In this document: in pieces, positions 1 to 9,714 of the stretch
How positions within the stretch are numbered: position 1 is the stretch's first letter
How the letters are laid out: each line of letters begins with the position of its first letter
Source: a virus
Length of the DNA stretch: 64,000 bases
Virus record (IMG/VR): IMGVR_UViG_3300050821_016964
Location: 5,794-69,793 of that record
Direction: 5' to 3' (one strand)
Translations under genes and position numbers: made by a program
The notes under the pieces: generated by a model
Seen by the model: only the letters and a program-made list of their open reading frames with translations
What the model was told of the DNA's origin: nothing
The model's database searches: none

Positions 1-515
1 TAATCCGTGAACTGCACGCCGCCCATCGCCTGGACCTCGCGCGCCGGTTCTCCCGCCAACTGGAGGGTGCCCGACGCGTCGATGATCAGGTGGTGGGCGG
101 CGGCATCATGGTACCAGTCGGGGTCCTGCTTGGTCGCGGCCCGCGGCTGGTTCGCCTCGGCGAGTTTCACCGCCAGCGGGTGGAGCAGCTTCGCGTTGCG
201 CGGGAGGTCGATGTACGCCTCGAACTGGTAGCGGATCTTGGGAGGAACGACCCGAGGCCCCCGGGGAAGATCGAACACAGCCCCCGGGCTGCGCGTGATG
301 ACTACGGGCCCGTCGATCTCCAGTTCCAGCCCGTTGTAGTAGGCGACCGCCGGCTTATCAGCCCCAACCCCAACGATGACAGGCAGCGCCGCCAGGGCCA
401 GGAAGTCTCGCCGCGTCAGCCCGGAGCCCGGACCACCTCGGGTAAGGGCGGCATCACCAGCAGGAGCGACTCGCTGAATGCGAAGGCTAACTCTTCCGTC
501 GGAAACGGATAGCAT
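1..515 (-). CDS. hypothetical protein with twin-arginine-like motif (runs to window edge)
   Basis: Read manually: GGGGGAG RBS, ATG at 515, MLSVSDG...LTRRDFLALAALPVIVG..., open to position 3. Confidence 0.55.
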   Translation of the reverse strand, partial: MLSVSDGRVSLRIQRVAPAGDAALTRGGPGSGLTRRDFLALAALPVIVGVGADKPAVAYYNGLELEIDGPVVITRSPGAVFDLPRGPRVVPPKIRYQFEAYIDLPRNAKLLHPLAVKLAEANQPRAATKQDPDWYHDAAAHHLIIDASGTLQLAGEPAREVQAMGGVQFTD

Positions 516-603
516 GGCGTACTCCCCCAGGTCCACCCCGCTGTGATGATGTCCGGTCCACTCGCCGTCACCCACTCACTCCCACGTCTGATTCCGTACA
601 TGC

Positions 604-777
604 TCATCCCTTCTTCCGAACGCCAACGCGCTTCTTGGGCGCGTCCTCGCCCCGTGTAACAGGTTTCACGCCGGGCTTGCGCTGGGCGTTGTAGATCTTC
701 GCGGCCCGCGTCTTCGCCTCAGCCAGTGGCATGTCCTTCGCCAGTTTATCGCGGATCGCTTCGTACTGTTTCGGGAT
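604..777 (-). CDS. small basic phage protein, probable ATC start
   Basis: GGAGG-6nt-ATC CCG AAA CAG TAC...; (M)PKQYEAIRDKLAKDMPLAEAKTRAAKIYN...KKG*; in-frame TGA just upstream. Confidence 0.55.
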   Translation of the reverse strand: MPKQYEAIRDKLAKDMPLAEAKTRAAKIYNAQRKPGVKPVTRGEDAPKKRVGVRKKG

Positions 778-789
778 GGCACACCTCCA

Positions 790-1398
790 TCAGCACTGAT
801 CGGGGAAAAGTGACCACAAGGGATTATCCTCAAAGTCGTCCGGGAACCAGTGCCAGGGCTGAAGCGTGAGGGAGTACGGTTGCACTTCGGCCGCGCCGGG
901 CGCCTTCCCGTCCTGGACGCTGATGCACATCGGCCCCCCGGCGTCGAGCGTGCGCCGCCCCCAGGTGGCTTTCCCAACCCCACCGCAGCACGTCATCAGG
1001 CCGTTGCCCGACCCTGGCGTGGGCGAGGAGCCGAACCAGAGGCCAGCCTTCACCGTCGCCGTGGCGCCGGAGAGGATGATCAAGAGCGTCGTCTGCGCGT
1101 TGCCCGTGAAGGTGTAGACGTCCTCCTTCACGCCCTTCTGTCCCCCGCCTGTCACTGTCTGCCCGATTGTAATCGTCCCGCCAGCCATCTTGTGTCGCCT
1201 CCTCCACCAGCGTTTCCTACCGTCATGCGCCGCCTGCATCCGCTTGCCGATCGCCTGGACTTCGCGGTCCCACTTGTCCTCGACCTCTGGTTCGTCCTGC
1301 TTCACTCCCCACGAGCGTACCGCCAGGTTCCACACCACGTCGACCAGGATGAACCCTAGCGCAAGGATCAGAAAGAACCACTTCAGAACGCCGTTCAT
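790..1398 (-). CDS. hypothetical protein; N-terminal TM helix, strong internal start at 1188 (MAGGTITIG)
   Basis: ORF track; GGAGGAGG RBS before in-frame ATG 1188. Confidence 0.55.
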   Translation of the reverse strand: MNGVLKWFFLILALGFILVDVVWNLAVRSWGVKQDEPEVEDKWDREVQAIGKRMQAAHDGRKRWWRRRHKMAGGTITIGQTVTGGGQKGVKEDVYTFTGNAQTTLLIILSGATATVKAGLWFGSSPTPGSGNGLMTCCGGVGKATWGRRTLDAGGPMCISVQDGKAPGAAEVQPYSLTLQPWHWFPDDFEDNPLWSLFPDQC

Positions 1399-4300
1399 CC
1401 GCCGATCCTCACGCCGACTCGCTTCTTCTGCTCCTGAGCTTCTTTGGCTCGCTCCTTCAACGCGGCATACGTCCGTAGCGCCAGGGCTTCCTCCTCCGTC
1501 ACTTGGCCGGCCGTGCGCGCGGTCTTATCCGCGAAATAGTCCTTCGATTCGCGAATGTGCTGGCTCTGCTGCATCTGCCGCTCCAACTGATTTCGAGCAT
1601 CTATGCTGCGCCATTTCTCGGTCTCGACGTCGCTGACGCGCAGGCCTGAGAGGAACGGCACCAGTTCGGCGACGGCCCAGTGCTGGGGACCGCCGGCGTA
1701 CTTCCGGGGATCGATCGCCCGGTTCACCGTCGAGAGCACGCGAGACGCGGGCGTGGCGCCGAGCAACTCAGACAGCATGCGACCGGTCGTCTCGTTCCCC
1801 CCGGTGACGAGGTTCTCCAGATTGCCCACGTGCAGGTCCGCCAGATCACGGCCCGTGAAGAACTGGCGACCCGTTGTCACCTCCAGGGGCAGACGCAAGC
1901 CCGGCCGGAGCATCCCGAGCGCGGCCTCGCCCGTCTTCGCCACCGTCTCCTGCGGGGTCTGGCCGATCTTGAGGCGCCCGAACGCTTCTTCGAGTGGCAA
2001 TCCCAGCGCCGATAGATACCGCGCTGTACCCGGCTCGACTTCCGGAAGGGGAACCGCCAAGCCGGAACGCAGGTACTCGGGGACGTAGCCACCCTCCTCT
2101 TCCTGGTTCATCCCAGAGAACCGGATTGGTCCACCCGTCATCACTGGTGACTGAGTGGCGCGGGCAAGTTGCTTCGGCAAGTTCTTGCGGGGATAGGTGT
2201 AGAACGGAATCAGCCGCTTCATGACGGCCTGCTCGAACGGCGCCAGATCGTTGTAGTCGAAGTGTGTGTCGGTCACCCGCTTCGCTGCCGCGACGTCCCC
2301 CCATCCCTGCTGGAGGAGATGCTGGAACTCCGTGAGTCGGAGCGTGTCCTCCGCCTTGGTCCCGAGCTGGCGACCGACGGCGCCGAGGTCCCCGAGCCCA
2401 CCAAGGCCCAGATTCTTCCAGGAGGCCTTCGTTGCCATCGACCGGGGCAACTGCCCGGCGATCTCGGCAACGCTCTCCCGCGGCCCCAGCGGGTTGCGCA
2501 CGCCCGTCGTGGGAGGCGCCATCCCCACGCGTTCGGCGATCTCCCCTTGGGGTCGACCGATCACACCCTGGATATACGCCCGTCGGATCAGGTCTTCGCG
2601 CTGTAGCTCCGGCGTCAAAGGCCCATGGCCCGGGATCCCCGTCACCATCGGATGACCTTCCAGCCCCTGCGTCACGGACCGGTATCGCCGTGGACCAGGG
2701 GGCAGCCCCGCCATCAGGGCGTTCTCCTCGACCCCAGAGCCGATGTTGCGCATGAGCGATCCGGGCCAGATCGAATAGGTTCCCGTCTTGAACAGGTTTT
2801 GCATGTAGTCGCTAGCGGCCAGCCAGGGCTGAAGCTCCTCGGGAACCTGCCAGCGGTTCAGGAGCCGGGTCGCACCGCGTGCCGTGGGATCGGGCAGCCC
2901 GTGCTGCTCCAGCAACCCCCGCATCGCTTTCAAGGGATCGTAAGGTTCGCCCGCAGCCGCCGCATCAGCTACGGCCTGCGCCATCTCCGCCGGCACATCG
3001 TACCCCAGTGCCTCCAGGGCCCGAGTCATCCCCCCTTCGTTCGTCAACTTCGTGCGCGCGAGAACCTCGGGGATACTGACGGCACCGCCGAGCTGACCCG
3101 ACGGAATCGCGTTCCTGCCGATCACGTCGTAAACCGTGTTGGCGCTTCCGGCAACGTCAAGCGCGCGCTTCTGGCGTAAGAGCGTCGTCGCGATCGGGTC
3201 CGGATCCATGAAGGGAATCCGCTGCGCGCCCGGAATTCCTCCCTCGATGTTCGCCGCCGGCACCGTCTTGAGCCAGCGGCGCATGGCGACGGCACGCCCC
3301 TGAAGCTCGCGGAGCCGCTCGTGGGAGAAGGGAACCCCACCAGGCCCGGCGTTCAGGCGATCGAGCTGATCGCGGAGCAGCTCCTGGGTGATCTGCCGCT
3401 TGGGCAACGTTGGAGTCTTCCCCGCGTACTGCGGCGTCATCAGATCCTCGATCGCCACCCGGCCACCCGCCCAGTTCCGCAGCGCCTCTTTCCGCCGGAT
3501 CATACTCCCGTGCGTCGTCGGCAGCAGTTTCGCCTTTCCCCCGAACGCCGACTGAACCAAGTCGAACAGGCCCCGCTTCTGACCGGCCGGCGAGTACCGA
3601 TGCTGGAGGCCATAGCCCGCGAACTCGTCGTTCAAGATCGGCGTGTGCACCCCGGCCGCCGCCTCGATCGCCTGGGGGTCATGACGCCCCAGTTGCACCA
3701 GCCGGTCACCAAAGGCCTGTAGCCTCTGCTCGCCACCCGGGAGATGCGGCCCCACGAAGTCCGTCGGAACTGACTCGCGATGCTGATTCAGCCACCGGTC
3801 CAGCGCATCGGAGTCCATCCCGGTTGCCTGTGCCACCGCCTCCCGCTCCGGGTAGAGCTCGACGGCAAGCTCCCGGACCCGTCGCTCGGCAGCCAGGTCC
3901 GCCGGATGCTTCACCCCATGGAACGACGCCTGGATCTCCCGCCGGGGAACCCACCCCTGGGACTTGTCGAACAGCGACCGACGCCCCGTCTCCGCCGCCG
4001 AGGCAGCACGCGCCAGCACGTCCTCGACCGGTGCCACGCCAGGTACCTGGCGCAACCCCATATTCGCCGCTCGCCCCAGTCGGCCCGCACCCTCTAAGCC
4101 CGACACCGCCGCCGTCTGGGTCCCAGGAACGACCTTCTCGGCCGCAGCCAGGATCGGGTGCAGGCTCCGCTCGCCCGCTCTCACGCCAGCCAGCAGTCCC
4201 CGCGTGCCCGTCCCTGTCTTCGCGGCAAGCTTCCCGGCCCGCGTCAGCGCCCCCACGCCGCCCAGGTAGGTCCCCGGGTCCAACCCGATCTCCACCGCTG

Positions 4301-4661
4301 GCCCCACGAGGTTCCGCTCTGCCCAGTTCCCCTGACTCGGGTCATACCCCAGCGAGCGGAGCAGATCCTCCCCGTGGACGGTGTCCTCCTCCTTCGTCAA
4401 CCCCGCCACATCCGACCCTGGCACCAGCGAGAGCAACTCCCGCGGCTTGCCCCCCAGGGCGCCTCGCAGAGCCCGGGCACCCGTCAGCTTGTCGAGCGTC
4501 GAACCGACGTAACCCAAGCCTGAGAGGGTGCCCCGCGTGAGGCGCGAGATCTGGCTCTCCGTATCCGCCTCGTCGAGTGCGGGGTACGCGGCACTCGAAC
4601 GCGACCGAGGGAAGAGATTGAGCCGGTCGAAGGGGTCTGGATAATCGAAGGGCGAAGCCAT
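1395..4661 (-). CDS. large internal virion / DNA ejection protein
   Basis: 1088 aa, Ala/Gly/Leu-rich, at distal end of tail operon; C-terminal 'THFDYNDLAPFEQAVMKRLIPFYTYPRKN' resembles podovirus internal proteins. Confidence 0.6.
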   Translation of the reverse strand: MASPFDYPDPFDRLNLFPRSRSSAAYPALDEADTESQISRLTRGTLSGLGYVGSTLDKLTGARALRGALGGKPRELLSLVPGSDVAGLTKEEDTVHGEDLLRSLGYDPSQGNWAERNLVGPAVEIGLDPGTYLGGVGALTRAGKLAAKTGTGTRGLLAGVRAGERSLHPILAAAEKVVPGTQTAAVSGLEGAGRLGRAANMGLRQVPGVAPVEDVLARAASAAETGRRSLFDKSQGWVPRREIQASFHGVKHPADLAAERRVRELAVELYPEREAVAQATGMDSDALDRWLNQHRESVPTDFVGPHLPGGEQRLQAFGDRLVQLGRHDPQAIEAAAGVHTPILNDEFAGYGLQHRYSPAGQKRGLFDLVQSAFGGKAKLLPTTHGSMIRRKEALRNWAGGRVAIEDLMTPQYAGKTPTLPKRQITQELLRDQLDRLNAGPGGVPFSHERLRELQGRAVAMRRWLKTVPAANIEGGIPGAQRIPFMDPDPIATTLLRQKRALDVAGSANTVYDVIGRNAIPSGQLGGAVSIPEVLARTKLTNEGGMTRALEALGYDVPAEMAQAVADAAAAGEPYDPLKAMRGLLEQHGLPDPTARGATRLLNRWQVPEELQPWLAASDYMQNLFKTGTYSIWPGSLMRNIGSGVEENALMAGLPPGPRRYRSVTQGLEGHPMVTGIPGHGPLTPELQREDLIRRAYIQGVIGRPQGEIAERVGMAPPTTGVRNPLGPRESVAEIAGQLPRSMATKASWKNLGLGGLGDLGAVGRQLGTKAEDTLRLTEFQHLLQQGWGDVAAAKRVTDTHFDYNDLAPFEQAVMKRLIPFYTYPRKNLPKQLARATQSPVMTGGPIRFSGMNQEEEGGYVPEYLRSGLAVPLPEVEPGTARYLSALGLPLEEAFGRLKIGQTPQETVAKTGEAALGMLRPGLRLPLEVTTGRQFFTGRDLADLHVGNLENLVTGGNETTGRMLSELLGATPASRVLSTVNRAIDPRKYAGGPQHWAVAELVPFLSGLRVSDVETEKWRSIDARNQLERQMQQSQHIRESKDYFADKTARTAGQVTEEEALALRTYAALKERAKEAQEQKKRVGVRIGG

Positions 4662-4669
4662 GCGTCACC

Positions 4670-4837
4670 TCAGGTCACCGCTGGGCCGTGCACCTTCCAC
4701 CCCAGCAGCGCGAAGAGGACGAACTGGAGCAGGTTACCCCCGATGAAGGCGTAGTTTCGCTCGACCGGCCAGTAGGCCCAGAAGCCGAAGATTAACCACA
4801 GCAGCATGAGCACCCAGAAGATCAGGGACTTTGGCAT
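4670..4837 (-). CDS. small two-TM membrane protein
   Basis: MPKSLIFWVLMLLWLIFGFW...LLQFVLFALLGWKV; GAGGTG RBS. Confidence 0.65.
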   Translation of the reverse strand: MPKSLIFWVLMLLWLIFGFWAYWPVERNYAFIGGNLLQFVLFALLGWKVHGPAVT

Positions 4838-4845
4838 CAACCACC

Positions 4846-5940
4846 TCACAGTCGTGGAAGGTTCCACCACGCACGAAGGAACTCGGGAGGAAGCCCATTC
4901 AATTCAGGGCCTCGGAGATCCTGATACAGACTTCTCAGGACTGGGGATAGCGGTTCCCCTCGGAGCATCTGATTCGCAAAAGCCTCCGCCACAAACTCCC
5001 GTGGGTTCGTGGTTGCGTATTTGCCAAGATGCTGCTGGATTTGCTTCAGCGCTCCTGTTGGGATCGACACTCCAGGCATATAATTAGGCCAGTGATGCTC
5101 TTTCCAAGAATCTCCAAAATCACGTAAGTTCCGTCGTGATTGCCGATCCCACGCCGAGGTTCCTTTTGCCGGATTTCCAGAACCAGTCCATTCTCCTTGA
5201 AGAATCTGATCGTGAAAGGCGTGCCCGAGTTCGTGGATAGGCGTTTGATCCGCGCTGATTGGACCGGCCATTTCCCCTCGCCTGACACCCTTCCGGATGG
5301 ACTGCTCCATCAAGCTGGAATCTCCCCACTGATCAAGATTCAGGTTGGGCATGATGTGCGGGTCCATCGCTTTTCGAACCGGACCAGTCATATCTGGTCC
5401 CCGCATGGTCAGATTCCACGCCAGAGCATCGGGCTGGTAGACCGCAGAAACATCCTGGATGTCATCGGAGCTTCCAAATACCGCGCGCTGGTATTCGGGC
5501 TCGATGTTCAATTTTGCTGGTGATTTCTGAGCTAGCGCCTCGAATCTCCCCAACGGATTATCTTGCCGTCGGAGTAACTCCAGCGCTTCCGGATGGGCAA
5601 TCGCCCCCGACTCATCCCCCGCGAACCTGCCGATGGCCCTGGCGATCGGGTTGACGTCGTCGGCATGGGCCAGTGCCCGGGCGCCGCGGGTGGCACCCTG
5701 AATACCCTTGTACGCCCCAAGCGCCGGCCCCGCCAGGGCAAGCGGGTCCAGGATCATCTCGGCCCCGAAGCCTTTTGCCGCTCCCCACGGGTCGTTCTCG
5801 TCGCTGAGCCCGTACGCCGACAGCAGATCCTGACCACTCGCGCGCGAGCCGATGTTCCCCGCCAGAGCACCACGGAGGAGAGCACCTGGGGTGTCGAGGG
5901 CATAGCCGACGGAGCCAAGGGCGGAAATCAAAGGATTCAC
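4846..5940 (-). CDS. probable ejected virion protein with C-terminal HExxH zinc metallopeptidase-like domain
   Basis: TPIHELGHAFH...KYATTNPREFVAEAFA zincin motif; N-terminus resembles that of 1395..4661. Confidence 0.6.
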   Translation of the reverse strand: MNPLISALGSVGYALDTPGALLRGALAGNIGSRASGQDLLSAYGLSDENDPWGAAKGFGAEMILDPLALAGPALGAYKGIQGATRGARALAHADDVNPIARAIGRFAGDESGAIAHPEALELLRRQDNPLGRFEALAQKSPAKLNIEPEYQRAVFGSSDDIQDVSAVYQPDALAWNLTMRGPDMTGPVRKAMDPHIMPNLNLDQWGDSSLMEQSIRKGVRRGEMAGPISADQTPIHELGHAFHDQILQGEWTGSGNPAKGTSAWDRQSRRNLRDFGDSWKEHHWPNYMPGVSIPTGALKQIQQHLGKYATTNPREFVAEAFANQMLRGEPLSPVLRSLYQDLRGPELNGLPPEFLRAWWNLPRL

Positions 5941-6287
5941 GCTGAAGTCCCGTCCGTGATCCAGCCGAGTGTGACGAGAGCAGCCAGAAGCGACGCCAGG
6001 GCCGCTCCACTGGCTTTCGAGCCAGTCACGGCAACAGGAGCTGCTGCTACGGCCGTCGCGAGCACGGGAGAGGCAGCCTGAAAGACACTCGACGCCTGGG
6101 TGGCCGCTGTTCCGAGTCCAAGAGCCGTACGGCCCGCTGCCGCCGTGATGACCCCGGTCGCGCCCCCGATCGAGATCACCCCGGAATCACTGACGGCCGC
6201 GTTGATCACGCTGACCAGGTTGCCCGCGAGATAGGGGTTCGCCAGCGCGATCGCAAGCTGGGACTGGGTGTCAGGATCAAGCGGCAT
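5937..6287 (-). CDS. short head/tail fibre-like structural protein
   Basis: N-terminus LAIALANPYLAGNLVSVINA shared with 6613..8727. Confidence 0.5.
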   Translation of the reverse strand: MPLDPDTQSQLAIALANPYLAGNLVSVINAAVSDSGVISIGGATGVITAAAGRTALGLGTAATQASSVFQAASPVLATAVAAAPVAVTGSKASGAALASLLAALVTLGWITDGTSA

Positions 6288-6301
6288 CGTCGTCCCCTCT
6301 G

Positions 6302-6601
6302 TCAGATAGGCCCGCTCACCATCGTTTCGAGCCACTGGCGATAGGTGATTCCATTATTGTATGGTGTGTCAAGCCACGTATTGAGCGCGGGGACAATGTT
6401 CTGGAAGAATACGTTTGCCTGGAAAGCGTTCAAATACTGGAGCGCCGTACCCGTGAAGATCGGATCGGCGAAGTTGGCGCCGGACTGCGTCAGGATACCG
6501 GCATCCGTGGTGAGGGCACGCGCAGCCCTCAAGATGTTCGCTGCCTGGGCCTGCGCATCGCTCGCAAGATTCAGTTGGACTGCTGTGTACACTTGGGCCA
6601 T
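6302..6601 (-). CDS. hypothetical protein (possible fibre assembly chaperone)
   Basis: GGAGG RBS, 99 aa, directly follows the fibre gene. Confidence 0.55.
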   Translation of the reverse strand: MAQVYTAVQLNLASDAQAQAANILRAARALTTDAGILTQSGANFADPIFTGTALQYLNAFQANVFFQNIVPALNTWLDTPYNNGITYRQWLETMVSGPI

Positions 6602-6612
6602 CGTATCCTCCC

Positions 6613-8727
6613 TCAGTTGATCTTCCGGGCCGTCATGTAACTTCCCTTCAGCACCGAGTTGCTTTGCGTACTCGTGACGCTGGCGAACTGGAGTGTCACC
6701 GTACCGGCGTTCGAGCCGTTTGCGATATAGGCGTAGATATGGACACCACCCGTGAAAGCCACGGCGTTGATCATGTACGCCTGGCTTGGCGTCGAGAACG
6801 CCGTCTGGTTGTCGTCGCTGAAGACGGCGATACCCGTGGTGTTCCCAAACGTCGAGGTCGCGACTGTCGTCGGACTGGCTGGCCCGGTCAGTTGAAACGC
6901 CATGCCCCCAGTATCGCCGGTCGAACCCGTGCAGGTCAGGTGGAACTCGGCCGTCCAGATCTCGCCGGCCCCGATGGCGAACGAGAGCCCGGTCAGAGCA
7001 TTCGTGCCCTGGGTCGCCGAGGTCGTTGTCACCGTGCTCGTCAGCCCACCATAGGCCACCCCAGACGAGTACTTTGCCGACGACATCAAGCCGTAGGCCA
7101 CCATGGCCGCCGCAACATCACCAGACTGCTGACTGGCAAGCGAGCCACCGAAATAACTGATTTGAGGAGCACTTCCGCTCGTACCCCAACGAAACGCTTC
7201 ACGGCCACCTGAGGTTGCGTTGAAGTCCTGCGCCATCAGCCGGCCAAAGCCCGTATAACTCGCGTCGGTACTGACCGTGAAACCGGCGTCGAGATACGCC
7301 ACGTCGCGGGCGGTCGAGGTGCTGGAAATCCCCTGAAGATCAACAAGTGGGGCGGTCTGTGAAGTTCTGGCAAGAACAGTGACCGGCGTTACACTAGAAG
7401 TTGGAGCGCCGCACAGGATACCACCTGTTCCTGCTGGCTGATTCCAATCCAACCGAAAACCGACTATACCGGCTGACGCTGTCGCCACCCCGGAATTGCC
7501 ATTACCTGCAAACTGTAATGGCACTTGGCATCCAATTAGGTTGCCACTTGATGAAAAGACTGGCGTAGATATATTGGCAGTAATCGATAATGTTGTGCCA
7601 TCGAAAGTCAATAAGTTTGACGTGTTGACCACGCCAGAACCAGCGAACAATACTCCGTTGGACTGTCCCCCGCTGACCGTCGTCGTGCCGATTGTGATCC
7701 CACTGCTAGAGTTGGCCAGCACGAACGCGGTAGTAGCTAATTGAGTCGTGTTCGTGCCAACCGTCGCCGTGGGAGCTGTGGGAGTGCCGGTGAACGCAGG
7801 AGAGCCCAGTACAGCCAGCGTCCCCGTGGTTGCCGGAAGCGTCAGAGTACCGCTGGCTGTCGCGGAGGCCTGAAGCTCAGTCACGCCACTCGAAGAACCC
7901 GAGAGCCCGACCATGCCCGTGAACGTGGGACTGGCGATCGGAGCCAGAAGAGCGAGCGCTGCCGTAAGGCCGGTCACACCCGACTGGGGAATGGCTCCAA
8001 CGTAGGCCGCGGCAATCGCGGTCCCGTTCCAGACACCCGTCGTAATTGTGCCTACAGTGGCGATGTCACTTCCGACTAGTTTCGCCGCCGTGATCGAACC
8101 GGCCAGCATCGCGTTCGTGACCTGGGCGGCGCCGATCGTCGTCGTGATCGCCGTCGTGCCCGAGCCGGTCACATTACCGGAAAGCGTGATCGCCTGGTTC
8201 GCCGTCAAGAAACCCTGCGCGCCTACGTAAGTCTTCGTCGCGACGGTCGAGGACGTGAGGCCCGAGTCCAGGAACGCCCCGGCACCATCCGAGGCCTGAA
8301 TGGCTCCCGAGGCGCCGACGGAACTGCCACCACCCCCTCCTGAGCCATTAGCCGCGGCTGTGATCCGGCCCTTGCCGTCCACGGTGATATTAGCATTCGT
8401 GTAGCTACCGGCCGTCACTGCTGTCGCGGCCAGGGTAACCGCAATCGCCGTCGTGCCCGAGCCGGTGGCATCCCCCGAGAGCGTGACCGACTGATTCCCC
8501 GTGATAAATCCCTGGGCACCGACATAAGTCTTCGTGGCAAGAGTGCTTGTGGTCAGCCCGGAATCCACAAACAGACCGCTGCCGTTGGAGGCCTGGATTG
8601 CTCCTGAGGCGCCCACTGCCGAGCCCGCCGAAGCGCTGGCATTGATCACGGTGACCATGTTGCTGGCCAGATAGGGATTGGCCAGCGCATTCGATAATTG
8701 GGCCAGATCTTTTCCGTCGAGCTGCAT
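6613..8727 (-). CDS. fibre protein (Thr/Gly/Ser-rich, internal duplication)
   Basis: Motifs 'AGSYTNANITVDGKGRITAA' and 'SPAFTGTPTAPTA...NTTQLATTAFV' typical of phage fibres; two copies of VGASGAIQAS...TKTYVGAQGF...TLSG..TGSGTTAI. Confidence 0.75.
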   Translation of the reverse strand: MQLDGKDLAQLSNALANPYLASNMVTVINASASAGSAVGASGAIQASNGSGLFVDSGLTTSTLATKTYVGAQGFITGNQSVTLSGDATGSGTTAIAVTLAATAVTAGSYTNANITVDGKGRITAAANGSGGGGGSSVGASGAIQASDGAGAFLDSGLTSSTVATKTYVGAQGFLTANQAITLSGNVTGSGTTAITTTIGAAQVTNAMLAGSITAAKLVGSDIATVGTITTGVWNGTAIAAAYVGAIPQSGVTGLTAALALLAPIASPTFTGMVGLSGSSSGVTELQASATASGTLTLPATTGTLAVLGSPAFTGTPTAPTATVGTNTTQLATTAFVLANSSSGITIGTTTVSGGQSNGVLFAGSGVVNTSNLLTFDGTTLSITANISTPVFSSSGNLIGCQVPLQFAGNGNSGVATASAGIVGFRLDWNQPAGTGGILCGAPTSSVTPVTVLARTSQTAPLVDLQGISSTSTARDVAYLDAGFTVSTDASYTGFGRLMAQDFNATSGGREAFRWGTSGSAPQISYFGGSLASQQSGDVAAAMVAYGLMSSAKYSSGVAYGGLTSTVTTTSATQGTNALTGLSFAIGAGEIWTAEFHLTCTGSTGDTGGMAFQLTGPASPTTVATSTFGNTTGIAVFSDDNQTAFSTPSQAYMINAVAFTGGVHIYAYIANGSNAGTVTLQFASVTSTQSNSVLKGSYMTARKIN

Positions 8728-8751
8728 TGTTCACCCTGGTTCACTAATGCT

Positions 8752-8770
8752 AAGCGCAGGCCCTGCGCAA
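8752..8770. repeat. parS-like palindrome copy 1 (aaGCGCAGGCCCTGCGCAA)
   Basis: Intergenic, 15-bp core palindrome; also at 24126, 36761, 46586. Confidence 0.8.
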
Positions 8771-8772
8771 GT

Positions 8773-9366
8773 TCAGCCCCGACCCATCGCCGCCAGGAGG
8801 GGATTCTGCTGCGGGCTCCGCCCCGCCAGTGCGCCCGCTCCCCCGGCACCCGCCCCGGCAAGCCCGGCCCCGGCCGCGCCAGCACCCGCCAGGCCGGCTC
8901 CTGTGCCTCCCGCCATCATCCCCGGCGGCATGCCGCCCTGGCCACCCTGCTGGAGCATCTGGAGCATCGCCATGAGCTGCTGGAGGCTGGCCTCGTCCCC
9001 GTCGCTGCCCGTCGTGTCCTGGTCCCCCGGGGGAGGGATCGCCTCAACCCCGCCGGGAGCCGGGGGCTGGGCCCCAGGCTGGCCCAGGAGAGCCGCCAGG
9101 ACGTTTGGGTCCATCGCCCCGGGACCCGAGTCGGCCGCAGGCATGCCACACGTCGGACACGAGCCGTCGTCCGCCGTGGGCGCACCGCATGATGGACACG
9201 GGGGACCCATGCCGGCCATGCCCATCGGACCACCCGGAAGCGCCCCGGCCAGCATCGCCTGCAAGATCATTGGATCGGGCTGCTCCCAGTTCCCCTCGGG
9301 ATCGGGGATGCCCGCGCCCATCCCGCCGCCCATCGGAATCCCGCCCCCGCCGCCTGGAATCATCAT
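8773..9366 (-). CDS. Gly/Pro/Met-rich low-complexity protein with CxxC..CxxC zinc ribbon
   Basis: CPSCG...CPTCG; GGAGGG RBS. Confidence 0.55.
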   Translation of the reverse strand: MMIPGGGGGIPMGGGMGAGIPDPEGNWEQPDPMILQAMLAGALPGGPMGMAGMGPPCPSCGAPTADDGSCPTCGMPAADSGPGAMDPNVLAALLGQPGAQPPAPGGVEAIPPPGDQDTTGSDGDEASLQQLMAMLQMLQQGGQGGMPPGMMAGGTGAGLAGAGAAGAGLAGAGAGGAGALAGRSPQQNPLLAAMGRG

Positions 9367-9387
9367 TACACCCTCCCGCGGATGTGC

Positions 9388-9714
9388 TCAAAGGCCAAAA
9401 GACTCTGTTACAGTCTCCCCCCGGCGCCGAAAGCGCTTCGGAGCGGGTTCTGTCAACGCAACGATTTGCACTTCCTCCGAGACCGCATTGATCGCTGTCT
9501 CTACCGCTTCCGCTTTGCGTTGCCATCGATCAGCCCGACGTTGGCCATTATGCCGCCACTCTCGGTACTGTTCGGAACAAGGATGTTTAGGATCCTCGGG
9601 GTATCGTTTCAAGTCCCGCTCCTCTTCGCTCTTCATATCCTGGCAATGCCTGACGAGTTCGCGAAGAAGACCAATCTGCTCGGACGTCACACCCCCACCG
9701 CCTGGAATCATCAT
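9388..9714 (-). CDS. hypothetical protein (inserted cassette)
   Basis: First codons MMIPGGGG duplicate the start of 8773..9366. Confidence 0.5.
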   Translation of the reverse strand: MMIPGGGGVTSEQIGLLRELVRHCQDMKSEEERDLKRYPEDPKHPCSEQYREWRHNGQRRADRWQRKAEAVETAINAVSEEVQIVALTEPAPKRFRRRGETVTESFGL

